A stretch of DNA of 32,000 bases from Coprobacillaceae bacterium (GCA_963675915.1 OY780959.1:2550001-2582000), one strand, 5' to 3'; numbered from the stretch's first letter, positions 17,792 through 26,450 are shown. Numbers and translations are program-made. Notes: a model not told the origin generated them from the letters alone.

Positions 17792-18343
17792 ATGAGAAAA
17801 GTTATATTGTACATCGCGATGAGTCTCGATGGTTATATCGCTGAGGAAAACGGCGGCGTGGCGTGGCTTGAGGGCGATGGCAGTGATCCTGAAAACCAGG
17901 GTAGCTATCCGCAATTCATCAAGAGTGTCGACACAGTGGTTATGGGCTATAAAACCTATCATCAGGTTACTACCGAACTGTCGCCAGGTAAATGGGTGTA
18001 TCCTGATAAAACGAGTTATGTTCTGACTCACCGAGATATCAAGTCAATGGAGCAATTAATCTTCACTGACCGGGATATTGCAGAATTGATTACTGACTTG
18101 AAAAACGAGGAGGGACTCGATATCTGGATTTGTGGCGGAGCTTCATTAATAAATCAACTGACCGCTGCCAATTTGATTGACCGGTATTGGATTACGGTTA
18201 TCCCGACTATTTTAGGAAAGGGAATCCGTCTGTTCAAACCGGCTAAGCAAAAAATCGACCTCAAGTTGATTGATACGAAGTCTTATAACGGGATGACTGA
18301 TTTGATTTATGAACGCAGAAGTTCGGGAAAAATGAAAAAATAA
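17792..18343 (+). CDS. Dihydrofolate-reductase-family protein (RibD C-terminal domain)
   Basis: 183-aa ORF with SD AGGAGGGG. Characteristic N-terminus MRKVILYIAMSLDGYIA and motif WICGGASL. Confidence 0.85.
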   Translation: MRKVILYIAMSLDGYIAEENGGVAWLEGDGSDPENQGSYPQFIKSVDTVVMGYKTYHQVTTELSPGKWVYPDKTSYVLTHRDIKSMEQLIFTDRDIAELITDLKNEEGLDIWICGGASLINQLTAANLIDRYWITVIPTILGKGIRLFKPAKQKIDLKLIDTKSYNGMTDLIYERRSSGKMKK

Positions 18344-18415
18344 CCATGTTTAAGCCGATGTCCGACAAATCGGCTTATTCCCAAACGAAACTGTCACAGT
18401 TAGGAAGTGGGTTAG

Positions 18416-19420
18416 ATGTCTACATTGATTATAATAATTATTGTCTTGGTGGGAATTTCGATATTTTTAAATGGTTTGACTGATGCCCCAAATGCCTTGG
18501 CGGCTGTCATTTCCACCCGGGTATTGAATCCAAGAGTGGCAATTTTGGTGGGGATGATTTTCAACCTTCTGGGGATTTTTGTCCTAGGTTCCTCGGTGGC
18601 AGCGACCATTGCCAATATTGCGGATATCGGAACCGGGGTAGAAGCTTTGGCGGCGCTGGGCGGGGCCCAGCTGTCGTTGATACTCTGGTCGTTTGTAGCA
18701 TGGCGATATGGAATCCCGACGAGCGGAACTCATGCCATGGTGTCCTCACTGGTTGGCGCTGGAATTGGCTACAATGGACTGGCGGCGATAAATCCAGCGG
18801 CAGTAAACAAAGTTCTTATCGGGATGCTGGTCTCCACATTGGCCGGATTTGCAGCCAGTTTTCTAGTGACGAAATTTATCGAGATTTCTTGCAAAAATAT
18901 GAGACGAAGACCAGCTAACCGGATTTTTTCCATCGGACAGATTGTCAGCGTTTCCCTGATCACCTTGTCCAACGGGGCCCAGGATGGTCAAAAATTCATG
19001 GGGATTATATATTTCGCGCTGGTTGTGGGCGGAGTATACCCGGCCACAATCGCAAACCAAATCGAATTTCCTTTTTGGGTGATGCCGTTAATTGCTGTTA
19101 TCATGACTTTGGGTATTTCGGCCGGGGGCTACCGGGTAATCAGGCGATTAGGGATGAAAATGGTCCGGCTTGAAAAATACCAGGGCTTTTCAGCGGAAAT
19201 TGTGGCCTCTGTCAGTATGATTGTCTCGACCCTTTTTGGAGTTCCTCTAAGCATAACCCATATCAAGGGGGCCTCGATGATGGGCGCCGGGGCTTCGCGG
19301 GGAATCAACAGGGTCAAGTGGAATGTTGCCAAGGATATTGTTTTGGCCTGGATATTCACTTTCCCGATTTGTATGTTGCTAGGATATGCTTTTTCAACGA
19401 TGTTTAGGATTATAATTTGA
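18416..19420 (+). CDS. Inorganic phosphate transporter, PiT family
   Basis: 334-aa polytopic ORF. PiT signature variants: NGLTDAPNALA and SNGAQDGQKFMG. A DUF47 partner gene lies downstream. Confidence 0.85.
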   Translation: MSTLIIIIIVLVGISIFLNGLTDAPNALAAVISTRVLNPRVAILVGMIFNLLGIFVLGSSVAATIANIADIGTGVEALAALGGAQLSLILWSFVAWRYGIPTSGTHAMVSSLVGAGIGYNGLAAINPAAVNKVLIGMLVSTLAGFAASFLVTKFIEISCKNMRRRPANRIFSIGQIVSVSLITLSNGAQDGQKFMGIIYFALVVGGVYPATIANQIEFPFWVMPLIAVIMTLGISAGGYRVIRRLGMKMVRLEKYQGFSAEIVASVSMIVSTLFGVPLSITHIKGASMMGAGASRGINRVKWNVAKDIVLAWIFTFPICMLLGYAFSTMFRIII

Positions 19421-19448
19421 ATCTATTGGAGAGAGAGGTTCGGGTAAA

Positions 19449-20138
19449 ATGGCTAATAATCACAAAGTGAGTTCTCAGGCTCGATCAAGAAATATCTTCA
19501 GGTGGCTTGGCAATTTGTTTGTCAAAAAGAAAATCGACTATTTTGACATCTTCATTACCGGAGTTTCAATCTCGTTGGATGCCACAACAAGTTTGAAGGA
19601 GTTTTTGAGTGATGGCGGAATCGACGAAATGGAACTTGAAAAAATCAAAGATATCAAACAAGAGGGCACCGATCATGTTCATGAATCGTTGAAAATTGTT
19701 GAAGATGCCTTCATCACTCCCATCGATCAAAAGGATATAGTCGAAATTTTAAAGGGAATTGAGCAAGTGCTCCATAGTGTTGAATCGGTTGCCAATCATT
19801 TTTACATAATGAGAGTCGGTAATTGTGACGAAGCTATGTGCGAGCTTATCAATATTGAGGTTTCATTATGTGAGAAACTCTACGATTTGATGGTGGCGTT
19901 CAAACGCTTCAAGGAAAGCCGGAGTGACAATATCAACGAACTGATCCGGGCAATCAACATTCTCGAGGAGCAGGGCGACCGGGCTTATTCTAAAAGCATG
20001 CTCCAACTGTTCTCGACTGAGAAAGACGTTATCGTGATTCTCAAGAAAAAAGAAATGTACCAGCGCCTTGAATATTCGATTGACTGCTTCAAAAGGGTCG
20101 GGGATATGGTTGATGATCTGATTACGGTAACCAAATAA
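19449..20138 (+). CDS. DUF47-family protein (PhoU-like putative phosphate transport regulator, YkaA type)
   Basis: 229-aa helical ORF with SD GAGAGAGG. DUF47-like blocks: E..GD....E........AFITPIDQKDI and LEEQGDRAY. Adjacent to the PiT gene. Confidence 0.75.
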   Translation: MANNHKVSSQARSRNIFRWLGNLFVKKKIDYFDIFITGVSISLDATTSLKEFLSDGGIDEMELEKIKDIKQEGTDHVHESLKIVEDAFITPIDQKDIVEILKGIEQVLHSVESVANHFYIMRVGNCDEAMCELINIEVSLCEKLYDLMVAFKRFKESRSDNINELIRAINILEEQGDRAYSKSMLQLFSTEKDVIVILKKKEMYQRLEYSIDCFKRVGDMVDDLITVTK

Positions 20139-20188
20139 TAATACGCAATCTTCCAGTCGCAGCTGTAAAAAGCTGCGATATGAAATTT

Positions 20189-20232
20189 AAGACCGATTCC
20201 CAGCCTGGTTCTGGAAAGCGGTCTTTTAATTT
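20189..20232 (+). terminator. Rho-independent terminator of the pit-DUF47 unit. A second hairpin, TCGCAGCT/AGCTGCGA, precedes it at 20157-20178.
   Basis: AAGACCG...CGGTCTT outer stem with inner CCAG/CTGG pairing, followed by TTTTAATTT. Confidence 0.6.
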
Positions 20233-20282
20233 GTCCAGTCCTTGAAGTGATTTGCGGTCTATCGATCATACCTGACGGGAAA

Positions 20283-20309
20283 ACAAAAAAACTCCGAATA
20301 AATTCGAAG
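20283..20309 (-). terminator. Rho-independent terminator of the TetR gene (minus strand)
   Basis: On the minus strand: CTTCGAA-tTTA-TTCGGAG (one G-U pair) followed by a T7 run. Confidence 0.7.
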
Positions 20310-20351
20310 TGAAAGTGTGCTATAAAGGTTATGGATCGCTAATGATGAAAA

Positions 20352-20993
20352 TTATTCTTCCAATGCGATAATAAGTTGATAAAAGGCTTTCCGGTATTCA
20401 ACTTCAAAATCCGGAGTCGTGTAATTGGGACTTATTGCTTTCATTGCCGCAACTTGGTCGGGGTTCAAATGGCACATTGGATAGAAACCTATCGCCAATG
20501 AATATTGGGCCATGATAAAGTCCTGGATTTGGGCGCTCGAAGCATTCGGGTATAGTTGTGACAGCAGTTTTCCTAGCGGACGGACACTCTCAAACATATT
20601 CTTCTTGAACTCGGTGATTGCTTCAAACGAGGCGTTTTTCTCCAAAATTGTGAACAGGATCGAATAAAGTTCATTCATTCTTTTCTGACTTGCCAAGTTG
20701 TGAGCCCAAATTGATGAGACTTCTTGAGAGTCATAAATTTTATTGATTTTAAATGAATCAATCAGGCTGTCGACCCAGATTTGAATATCGTGATTCAGGA
20801 TCTTCAGCAGGATTTCCTCTTTCGATGAGAAGTATTTGTATATTGTCGGCCGGGTGAAATTGGTCAGTTTGGAAACTGCGGAAAAAGTGACCTGCTCGTA
20901 GCCTGATTCATCGAATATCCGGGCTGAGGCATGAATGATTTCATCTATTCTACTTTGTTTTTGATCATCTGATCTGGCTCTTTTAAAACTCAT
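20352..20993 (-). CDS. TetR/AcrR-family transcriptional regulator
   Basis: 213-aa ORF with SD AAGGAAG. N-terminal HTH block: RIDEIIHASARIFDESGYEQVTFSAVSKLTNFTRPTIYKYFSSKEEIL. Confidence 0.9.
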   Translation of the reverse strand: MSFKRARSDDQKQSRIDEIIHASARIFDESGYEQVTFSAVSKLTNFTRPTIYKYFSSKEEILLKILNHDIQIWVDSLIDSFKINKIYDSQEVSSIWAHNLASQKRMNELYSILFTILEKNASFEAITEFKKNMFESVRPLGKLLSQLYPNASSAQIQDFIMAQYSLAIGFYPMCHLNPDQVAAMKAISPNYTTPDFEVEYRKAFYQLIIALEE

Positions 20994-21019
20994 ATTTATC
21001 TTCCTTTTTAATTAATCGT

Positions 21020-21048
21020 ATTATAGCATAAGCTACAATGTTTGTAAA
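21020..21048 (-). promoter_or_regulatory. Sigma-A-type promoter of the TetR gene. It overlaps a short palindrome, TACAA-tgt-TTGTA.
   Basis: Minus strand: TTTACA, 17-nt spacer, TATAAT. The -10 element lies about 27 nt upstream of the tetR ATG. Confidence 0.6.
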
Positions 21049-21094
21049 ACCTGGCTCCTATTGAAAAGGGAACTGGATTTTTTTAAATTACTAT

Positions 21095-21123
21095 TTGACG
21101 AGGGTATAATTAAATGGTAATAT
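21095..21123 (+). promoter_or_regulatory. Sigma-A-type promoter of the AKR / cyclophilin-like operon
   Basis: TTGACG, 17-nt spacer, extended -10 element TGgTAATAT. It is flanked by a 10-bp direct repeat, TTTAAATTAC, at 21082-21091 and 21164-21173. Confidence 0.6.
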
Positions 21124-21221
21124 AAAATCAAATAAAAAACAAGGTGTAAGTTAAAAATGATTTAAATTACATCGAGTTTGGGTCTGGTAGCGATAAAAAT
21201 AATAGAATGGAGCAGCTAATT

Positions 21222-22403
21222 ATGCAATATAGAAAAGATAAAAAATCCGGTAATGAGATATCCATCCTCGGTTTTGGCTGTATGAGATTGCCGTCGACAA
21301 GGGGTAAAATCGATATCGTGAAAACCGAGAAACTTTTTTTGAAGGCGATCGACAAAGGGATAAACTATTTTGATACGGCGTATCTTTATCCAGGGAGTGA
21401 AGCCGCCATCGGTCAGATTTTTGAAAAACACAATCTCCGGGATAAGGTCTTTTTGGCGACAAAATTGCCAATCATGTTGTGCAAGAAAACCCCTGATTTC
21501 GACCGTTATTTCAAAATCGAGTTGGAACGGTTGAAAACTGATTATATCGATTATTATTTCATGCATATGATCACCAGTGCCGAGCAGTGGCAAATTCTTT
21601 GTGATTTAGGCATCGAAGATTGGATTTCCAGAATGAAGGCTGAGGGTAAAGTGAAGAATGTCGGTTTTTCGTTCCATGGCAAACGCGAGGATTTCATCAA
21701 GTTGGTCGATATGTATGAATGGGACTTCTGTCAAATCCAATACAATTATATGAATGAAAATTATCAGGCTGGTGTGGCCGGATTGCATTACGCTTCAAAA
21801 AAAGGATTGCCGGTATTTATCATGGAACCGCTGCTTGGGGGAAGACTTGCCAATGGGGTGCCTAATGACGCCCTTAAGGTTATGGAAAAGGCCAATCCCG
21901 ACATGACCCCGGTGGCCTGGTCATTGAAGTGGCTGTGGAACCAGCCGGAAGTCACCATGCTGCTTTCAGGGATGAATGAAATGGAACAGCTCGATGAAAA
22001 CATCGCCCTGGCCGATTCATCTACCGCTGGGATGTGGCAAGATGCTGAAATGAATACCATTGCCAAGGTTGTGGAGATTTTCAATGAGGCCTACAAAATT
22101 CCTTGCACCGGATGTGGATATTGCATGCCTTGTCCCAAAAACATCAATATACCGGGCTTGTTTGCATCATACAACACATCTTATGCGATGGGTAAATCCT
22201 TGGGGATGAACCAATACATAATCAATACCGGAGCTATGACTCAAACCCCGGCTTTCCCAAACGACTGCATCAAATGTGGTAAATGTGAACAGCACTGTCC
22301 TCAAAACATTCCAATCCGGGAATCTTTGGTTGAGGTTAAAAAAAGAATGGAACCTTTCTGGTTTAGACCGGTTATGGCAATAGCTAAAAAATTTGTCAGA
22401 TAG
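21222..22403 (+). CDS. Aldo/keto reductase fused to a C-terminal 2x[4Fe-4S] ferredoxin-type domain (COG1453-like)
   Basis: I chose the start at ATG 21222 (MQYRKDKKSGNEISILGFGCMRL), 9 nt after GGAG. AKR blocks: YFDTAYLYPGSE, ATKLP and YYFMH. Cys motifs: CTGCGYCMPCP and CIKCGKCEQHCP. Confidence 0.85.
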   Translation: MQYRKDKKSGNEISILGFGCMRLPSTRGKIDIVKTEKLFLKAIDKGINYFDTAYLYPGSEAAIGQIFEKHNLRDKVFLATKLPIMLCKKTPDFDRYFKIELERLKTDYIDYYFMHMITSAEQWQILCDLGIEDWISRMKAEGKVKNVGFSFHGKREDFIKLVDMYEWDFCQIQYNYMNENYQAGVAGLHYASKKGLPVFIMEPLLGGRLANGVPNDALKVMEKANPDMTPVAWSLKWLWNQPEVTMLLSGMNEMEQLDENIALADSSTAGMWQDAEMNTIAKVVEIFNEAYKIPCTGCGYCMPCPKNINIPGLFASYNTSYAMGKSLGMNQYIINTGAMTQTPAFPNDCIKCGKCEQHCPQNIPIRESLVEVKKRMEPFWFRPVMAIAKKFVR

Positions 22404-22444
22404 ATATCGAGATATATTTCATAAAGAATAGGAGAAATACAATA

Positions 22445-23350
22445 ATGTTAGAAGAAAATTATAAATTATCAAATGGAGTTGAAATTCCCAAACTGGGACT
22501 GGGAACCTGGTTTATCAATGATAAAGATGTGGTTAATGCGGTGAAGGCAGCGGTAAAACTTGGTTACCGTCACATCGATACTGCCCAAGCCTACCGTAAT
22601 GAAAGAGGTGTTGGTCAGGCAATCAGAGAATGCGGAGTGGCTAGAGAAGAACTGTTTGTCACTACCAAACTTGGCGCTGGAATCAAATCATATAAAAAAG
22701 CGGTCGCTTCAATCGAAAAATCGCTTAAAACAATGGGCTTGGAGTATATCGACATGATCATCATTCATGCACCGCAACCATGGACAGAATTTAGGGGTGA
22801 CAAGAAATATTTCGCTGAAAACCGCGAGGTTTGGAAAGCGATGGAAGAGGCATATGAAGCCGGTAAGGTCAGAGCAATCGGTCTTTCCAACTTTGAAGAG
22901 GATGATCTTGACAACATCTTGAGTTCATGCAAAATCAAGCCCATGGTAAATCAGATTCTAGCTCATATTTCCAATACTCCTGAAGAATTGATCAAATATA
23001 CTCAAGATAAAGGGATTTTGGTCGAAGCCTATTCACCAGTAGGTCACGGTGAGGTCATGAAAAACGCCGAAGTTAAACAAATGGCCGACAAATACGGGGT
23101 CTCGATTCCCCAGTTATGTATCCGTTATGATCTCCAACTAGGTCTTTTACCGATTCCCAAAACAGCCAATCCGGCCCATATGGAAAACAATGCTGATGTT
23201 GATTTTGAAATTTCGGCAGCCGATATGGAAACACTTAAAAATATCGAAAAAATCAAAGATTACGGTGATGCCAAAATGATGCCGGTTTATGGTGGAAAAA
23301 TGAATTTGAGATCTATGTTCTCGATGATCCTTTCATCAATCAAATCATAG
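22445..23350 (+). CDS. Aldo/keto reductase, paralog of 16719-17597
   Basis: 301-aa ORF with SD AGGAGAAA. It is collinear with the other AKR and roughly two-thirds identical by eye: NGVEIPKLGLGTWFI, GYRHIDTAQAY, ILVEAYSP, PQLCIRYDLQLG and PKTANP. Confidence 0.88.
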   Translation: MLEENYKLSNGVEIPKLGLGTWFINDKDVVNAVKAAVKLGYRHIDTAQAYRNERGVGQAIRECGVAREELFVTTKLGAGIKSYKKAVASIEKSLKTMGLEYIDMIIIHAPQPWTEFRGDKKYFAENREVWKAMEEAYEAGKVRAIGLSNFEEDDLDNILSSCKIKPMVNQILAHISNTPEELIKYTQDKGILVEAYSPVGHGEVMKNAEVKQMADKYGVSIPQLCIRYDLQLGLLPIPKTANPAHMENNADVDFEISAADMETLKNIEKIKDYGDAKMMPVYGGKMNLRSMFSMILSSIKS

Positions 23351-23425
23351 ATTCATTATGATTTTAGGCTTTGAAAAAGTTAATATGCGAAAAAACAGGA
23401 AGATAGGTAAAAAAAGGTGATGGTT

Positions 23426-23872
23426 ATGGGATTTGTGATACTTGCTTTAATAGTAGCGGGGGTGCTGTATCTGTTCACTCCATTTGGTCTGGGACGAGTC
23501 AGCCTGGATGGCGAGTATCAGGTTAAGATAACCGTCAACGGGGAAGAAATGACCGCGACGATGGAGAATAACACCTCGGCTCAGGCGTTTCGAAAACTGA
23601 TTGAAAACAAGCCGAAGACCGTGAGGATGCGCGACTACGGTTCGATGGAAAAGGTCGGAATGCTCTGGAAAGGATTGCCAAGCAACAACCAAAATATTAC
23701 CACTCAGCCGGGTGATATCATCCTCTACATGGGGAGTTCCCTGGTTGTTTACTATGAGTCGAATTCCTGGAACTTCACCAAGATGGGCCATATTAATGAT
23801 GTCAGCAAGGAAAAACTGCAAGAAATTCTTGGTAATGGCAGGGTTACGATGACTTTTGAGCTAATTGATTAA
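23426..23872 (+). CDS. Cyclophilin-like-fold protein (Cyclophil_like2 type) with an N-terminal TM helix
   Basis: ORF open from GTG 23417. ATG 23426 sits 5 nt after AAGGTGA; ATG 23420 is also possible. Pattern: TM helix, then ..ITVNGEEMTATMENNTSAQAF..L...P.TV.M.DYG.MEK...L......N....QPGDIILYMGSSLVVYYES. Confidence 0.7.
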   Translation: MGFVILALIVAGVLYLFTPFGLGRVSLDGEYQVKITVNGEEMTATMENNTSAQAFRKLIENKPKTVRMRDYGSMEKVGMLWKGLPSNNQNITTQPGDIILYMGSSLVVYYESNSWNFTKMGHINDVSKEKLQEILGNGRVTMTFELID

Positions 23873-23961
23873 AACACCTGATTGTCGGGACTGAATGGTC
23901 TTATTTTGAATTTGAGACAGTATGAACAACATTAAATTTTTGGAAGGAATTGAATGTAATT

Positions 23962-24399
23962 ATGAAATATTTTATCATCGGATTAATAGTACTGGTAGTT
24001 TTGGTAGTCTGGTTTAAACAACCGCCCAAACGAACCGGTCTTGAAAACGGGACCAGGATAACTTTGACATCTCAGAGTATGGTGCTCCATGCAACTTTGA
24101 ATGATACCATTGCGGCTAAATCTTTGGAAGCCAAATTGCCTATGCAGATATCTTTTGGACGCTCAAGTGTCGATTACTGTGCCACAGCACCTCAACTTGA
24201 TTCAAGCAGATCGCAAAGCCAGTTTGGCTGGCATAATGGCGATATCAGTTATGTCGGAGGGTGGCTGAGCATTTTCTACAGCGGGCAACACCGGTTGCCG
24301 ATGCCGATGATGGTTCTTGGCAGCATTGACAGCGCCGATATGGACAAAATTAAAGAAGCCGGAAGCCATGTCAGCTTCACAATTGAAGTTGAAAAATAA
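23962..24399 (+). CDS. Second cyclophilin-like-fold protein with an N-terminal TM helix
   Basis: ATG 23962 (MKYFIIGLIVLVV...); the ORF-track TTG at 23950 is an alternative start. Same pattern as the first copy: ITLTSQSMVLHATLNDTIAAKSLEAKLP...GDISYVGGWLSIFYSG. Confidence 0.7.
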   Translation: MKYFIIGLIVLVVLVVWFKQPPKRTGLENGTRITLTSQSMVLHATLNDTIAAKSLEAKLPMQISFGRSSVDYCATAPQLDSSRSQSQFGWHNGDISYVGGWLSIFYSGQHRLPMPMMVLGSIDSADMDKIKEAGSHVSFTIEVEK

Positions 24400-24421
24400 T
24401 AGTAGCTCAGAGTTTTATAGA

Positions 24422-24475
24422 GGTATCCTGTTTCAAAGCGGAATTAATCCCGCTTTGAAACAGGACACCTTTTTT
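24422..24475 (+). terminator. Strong rho-independent terminator ending the TetR-controlled operon
   Basis: About 23-bp stem (GGTaTCCTGTTTCAAAGCGG / CCGCTTTGAAACAGGAcACC, one mismatch) followed directly by a T6 run. Confidence 0.92.
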
Positions 24476-24598
24476 AATTTAGATCATCATGTTTGCAGAG
24501 GAAACTGGCTTTAACGGGTCAGATTGGGTATAATTTAGATAAAAGAAATCTATTAAGGGAAACCAAAGAAGTTCATCTTCAGGAAAGCGGGTACGAAA

Positions 24599-25027
24599 AT
24601 GGGACTTGAAACAATAAAAAAATACCTTCTGATTGGAGTCGGCACTATTTCGCTGGTTATCGGCTTTGTCGGAGTTGTTGTACCGGTTTTACCGACGACA
24701 CCTTTTTTGCTGCTAAGTGCGGTATGTTACATGAAAAGTTCAAAGCGACTGTATGCCTGGCTGATCAAGCATCGCGTCCTTGGCGTATATCTTTACAGTT
24801 ATCTCAATTACCGGGCAGTTCCAAGCAAAAGCAAGATTTCAACTTTTGTTTTTTTATGGGGAATGCTGGGGATTTCAATGGCACTGGTTGATTCGATTCA
24901 TCTGCACATCTTTTTGATTGTTGTGGGGATACTGGTTTCTCTCCATATCACAATGTTAAAATCATTGACCCCGGAACAATTGCAAGAAGTAAAATTACGG
25001 GTTGCAAACCTGACCGAAAAACCTTGA
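24599..25027 (+). CDS. DUF454 / YbaN-family inner-membrane protein
   Basis: 142-aa ORF with the characteristic block VGVVVPVLPTTPFLLLSAVCYMKSSKRLYAWL..H and about 3-4 TM segments. Confidence 0.8.
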   Translation: MGLETIKKYLLIGVGTISLVIGFVGVVVPVLPTTPFLLLSAVCYMKSSKRLYAWLIKHRVLGVYLYSYLNYRAVPSKSKISTFVFLWGMLGISMALVDSIHLHIFLIVVGILVSLHITMLKSLTPEQLQEVKLRVANLTEKP

Positions 25028-25031
25028 GAGG

Positions 25032-25062
25032 CATCGCGAAAACTTTATTTGCGGTGTTTTTT
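25032..25062 (+). terminator. Rho-independent terminator
   Basis: CATCGCGAA...TTTGCGGTG stem (two G-U pairs) followed by a T6 run. Confidence 0.7.
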
Positions 25063-25125
25063 GGGTTTTGTAAACCATCAATCATCACAGTTATCCTTAG
25101 GCATAACGATAAAACAAGTTCGATA

Positions 25126-25154
25126 TTGACAACGTTTTGATTTGCCAGTATAGT
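25126..25154 (+). promoter_or_regulatory. Sigma-A-type promoter of the acyltransferase gene
   Basis: TTGACA, 17-nt spacer, TATAGT. Confidence 0.65.
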
Positions 25155-25235
25155 ACTTTCAGCACTTCAAAATATCTCGGGTTCAAGTGCCTTGGAATTT
25201 AATAAATTATGCAGGATAAAAGAGGATAGTCTTGG

Positions 25236-26250
25236 ATGAATCAGCGGCTGTACAAGTTTGATAATATACGTTTTTTATTGATGTTTTTAGTGATTCTGGG
25301 TCACTTGCTGGAAGTTATTCACAGTGAGGTGGGCAGCCAGTTGTACCGGGTGATCTACTCGTTCCACATGCCCTTGTTCATATTTGTCTCCGGATATTTT
25401 GCCAAGTACGACCGGACCAAAATTTTGATCAATTTCATTTACCCCTATTTGTTATTTCAGTCGTTGTATTGTTTTTTTTTCCGACCTGATGGTGAAGAAA
25501 AGTCAGATTGTAATCCAATTCACGACCCCGCAGTGGATTCTGTGGTATCTTCTGGCAGTTTCGTTTTGCTATTTCTTGCTTCCGATGTTTAATGTCGAGT
25601 CAAAAAAAGCGAAGATTGCAACTGTTTTCGGTCTGTTTTTGCTTGGGTTGTTGGCCGGTTATGAAAACACCATCGGCTATTACCTGGCGCTGGGAAGGTT
25701 TATCAGTTTCCTGCCTTTTTTTGTTTTGGGGTTTTATTCGCGAGGTCTTTTTGGCTGGATGGGCGTTGACAATGTTTCATTAAAGAGACAAATGGTTTTA
25801 AGAATTGGTTGTCTGGTGGCGGTGGCCGGAGTAATCTTGTTTGTTGTCAATACCCCCGAATTGACAACAGAGGTGTTTTATCAGTCCCGCAGTTACCAGG
25901 CGGGCAACAGCACTGTTGTCTTGAAGCTTATTTCATATGTCATCGCCTTGGTTTGGATATTCGCCATAATCAATCTGGTACCGGAGAAAAAAATCCTGAT
26001 GCTTACCGGGTTTGGCCGGTATACCCTTCCGGTTTATCTTCTTCACGGTTTCATTGTTCGGATGATAGCGAATTACAGTGATTTGGATTCCCGGTTCAAC
26101 AGCATCGTGATGGCGGTGGGAATATCGTATTTGCTTATTGTAGTTTTATCAAACAATCGGGTGGGGAAATGTCTCAATCAAGTGTTTACAGCAACGTTGA
26201 TTGTTGAAATTTATAAAAAATTCAAAAACAGGAATAAGCTGCTCGGCTGA
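25236..26250 (+). pseudogene. Acyltransferase-3-family (OafA/YrhL-type O-acyltransferase) membrane protein, split by a frameshift in a T9 homopolymer
   Basis: Two overlapping ORFs, 25236-25592 and 25489-26250, sit in frames offset by +1. The N-terminal part carries FDNIRFLLMFLVILGHL. The C-terminal part carries QFTTPQWILWYLLAV. Removing one T from the tract at 25472-25480 fuses them into one polytopic ORF of about 337 aa. Confidence 0.8.
25472..25480 (+). repeat. T9 homopolymer at the frameshift site
   Basis: Counted directly: g at 25471, nine t at 25472-25480, then ccg. Confidence 0.95.
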
Positions 26251-26264
26251 TTCCTGTTTTTTTT
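26226..26264 (+). terminator. Rho-independent terminator overlapping the acyltransferase stop codon
   Basis: AAACAGGAAT...ATTCCTGTTT stem followed by a T run. Confidence 0.75.
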
Positions 26265-26383
26265 CTCCAAATCTTTTGGTGAGAGCTACGGCTTTCATGG
26301 TGTGAACGCTGCAAGTAACCGACTGCAATCGGATATGAATTAATTTCATCAATCCGTTATCGATAGTTTCAATTGCTAATCAT

Positions 26384-26412
26384 TTGACATTTTATGAAAT
26401 GGAGAATAGAAT
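26384..26412 (+). promoter_or_regulatory. Sigma-A-type promoter of csoR-copA-copZ
   Basis: TTGACA, 17-nt spacer, TAGAAT. Confidence 0.7.
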
Positions 26413-26417
26413 GAAGT

Positions 26418-26438
26418 TAACCCCCGTAAGGGGGGGTA
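26418..26438 (+). promoter_or_regulatory. CsoR operator (GC-tract inverted repeat)
   Basis: TAACCCCC-GTAA-GGGGGGGTA lies immediately downstream of the -10 element. It resembles the known CsoR TACCC..GGGGGTA-type operators of Firmicutes. Confidence 0.7.
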
Positions 26439-26450
26439 GAGGTGAATGAT

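Noticed and set aside
23385-23428. Short ORF MRKNRKIGKKR* that would fuse to the first cyclophilin-like protein as a classic positively charged signal-anchor n-region (MRKNRKIGKKKVMVMGFVIL...) if the A7 tract at 23409-23415 were A8.
   Set aside because: ATG 23385 has no SD, whereas the in-frame ATG 23426 has a good one (AAGGTGA). A-rich DNA also encodes Lys/Asn/Arg-rich peptides in any case. It is still worth checking in the read data, because a second homopolymer-linked frame break (the T9 tract at 25472-25480) lies 2 kb away.
25489-26250. The 253-aa ORF treated as an independent gene starting at ATG 25489.
   Set aside because: It has no SD and overlaps the upstream ORF by about 100 nt. The two parts together reconstitute one acyltransferase-3 protein across the T9 tract, so I annotated it as a single frameshifted gene.
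26149-26352. 67-aa minus-strand ORF spanning the acyltransferase 3' end and terminator.
   Set aside because: It is antisense to a CDS and a terminator hairpin, with no SD and no motif.
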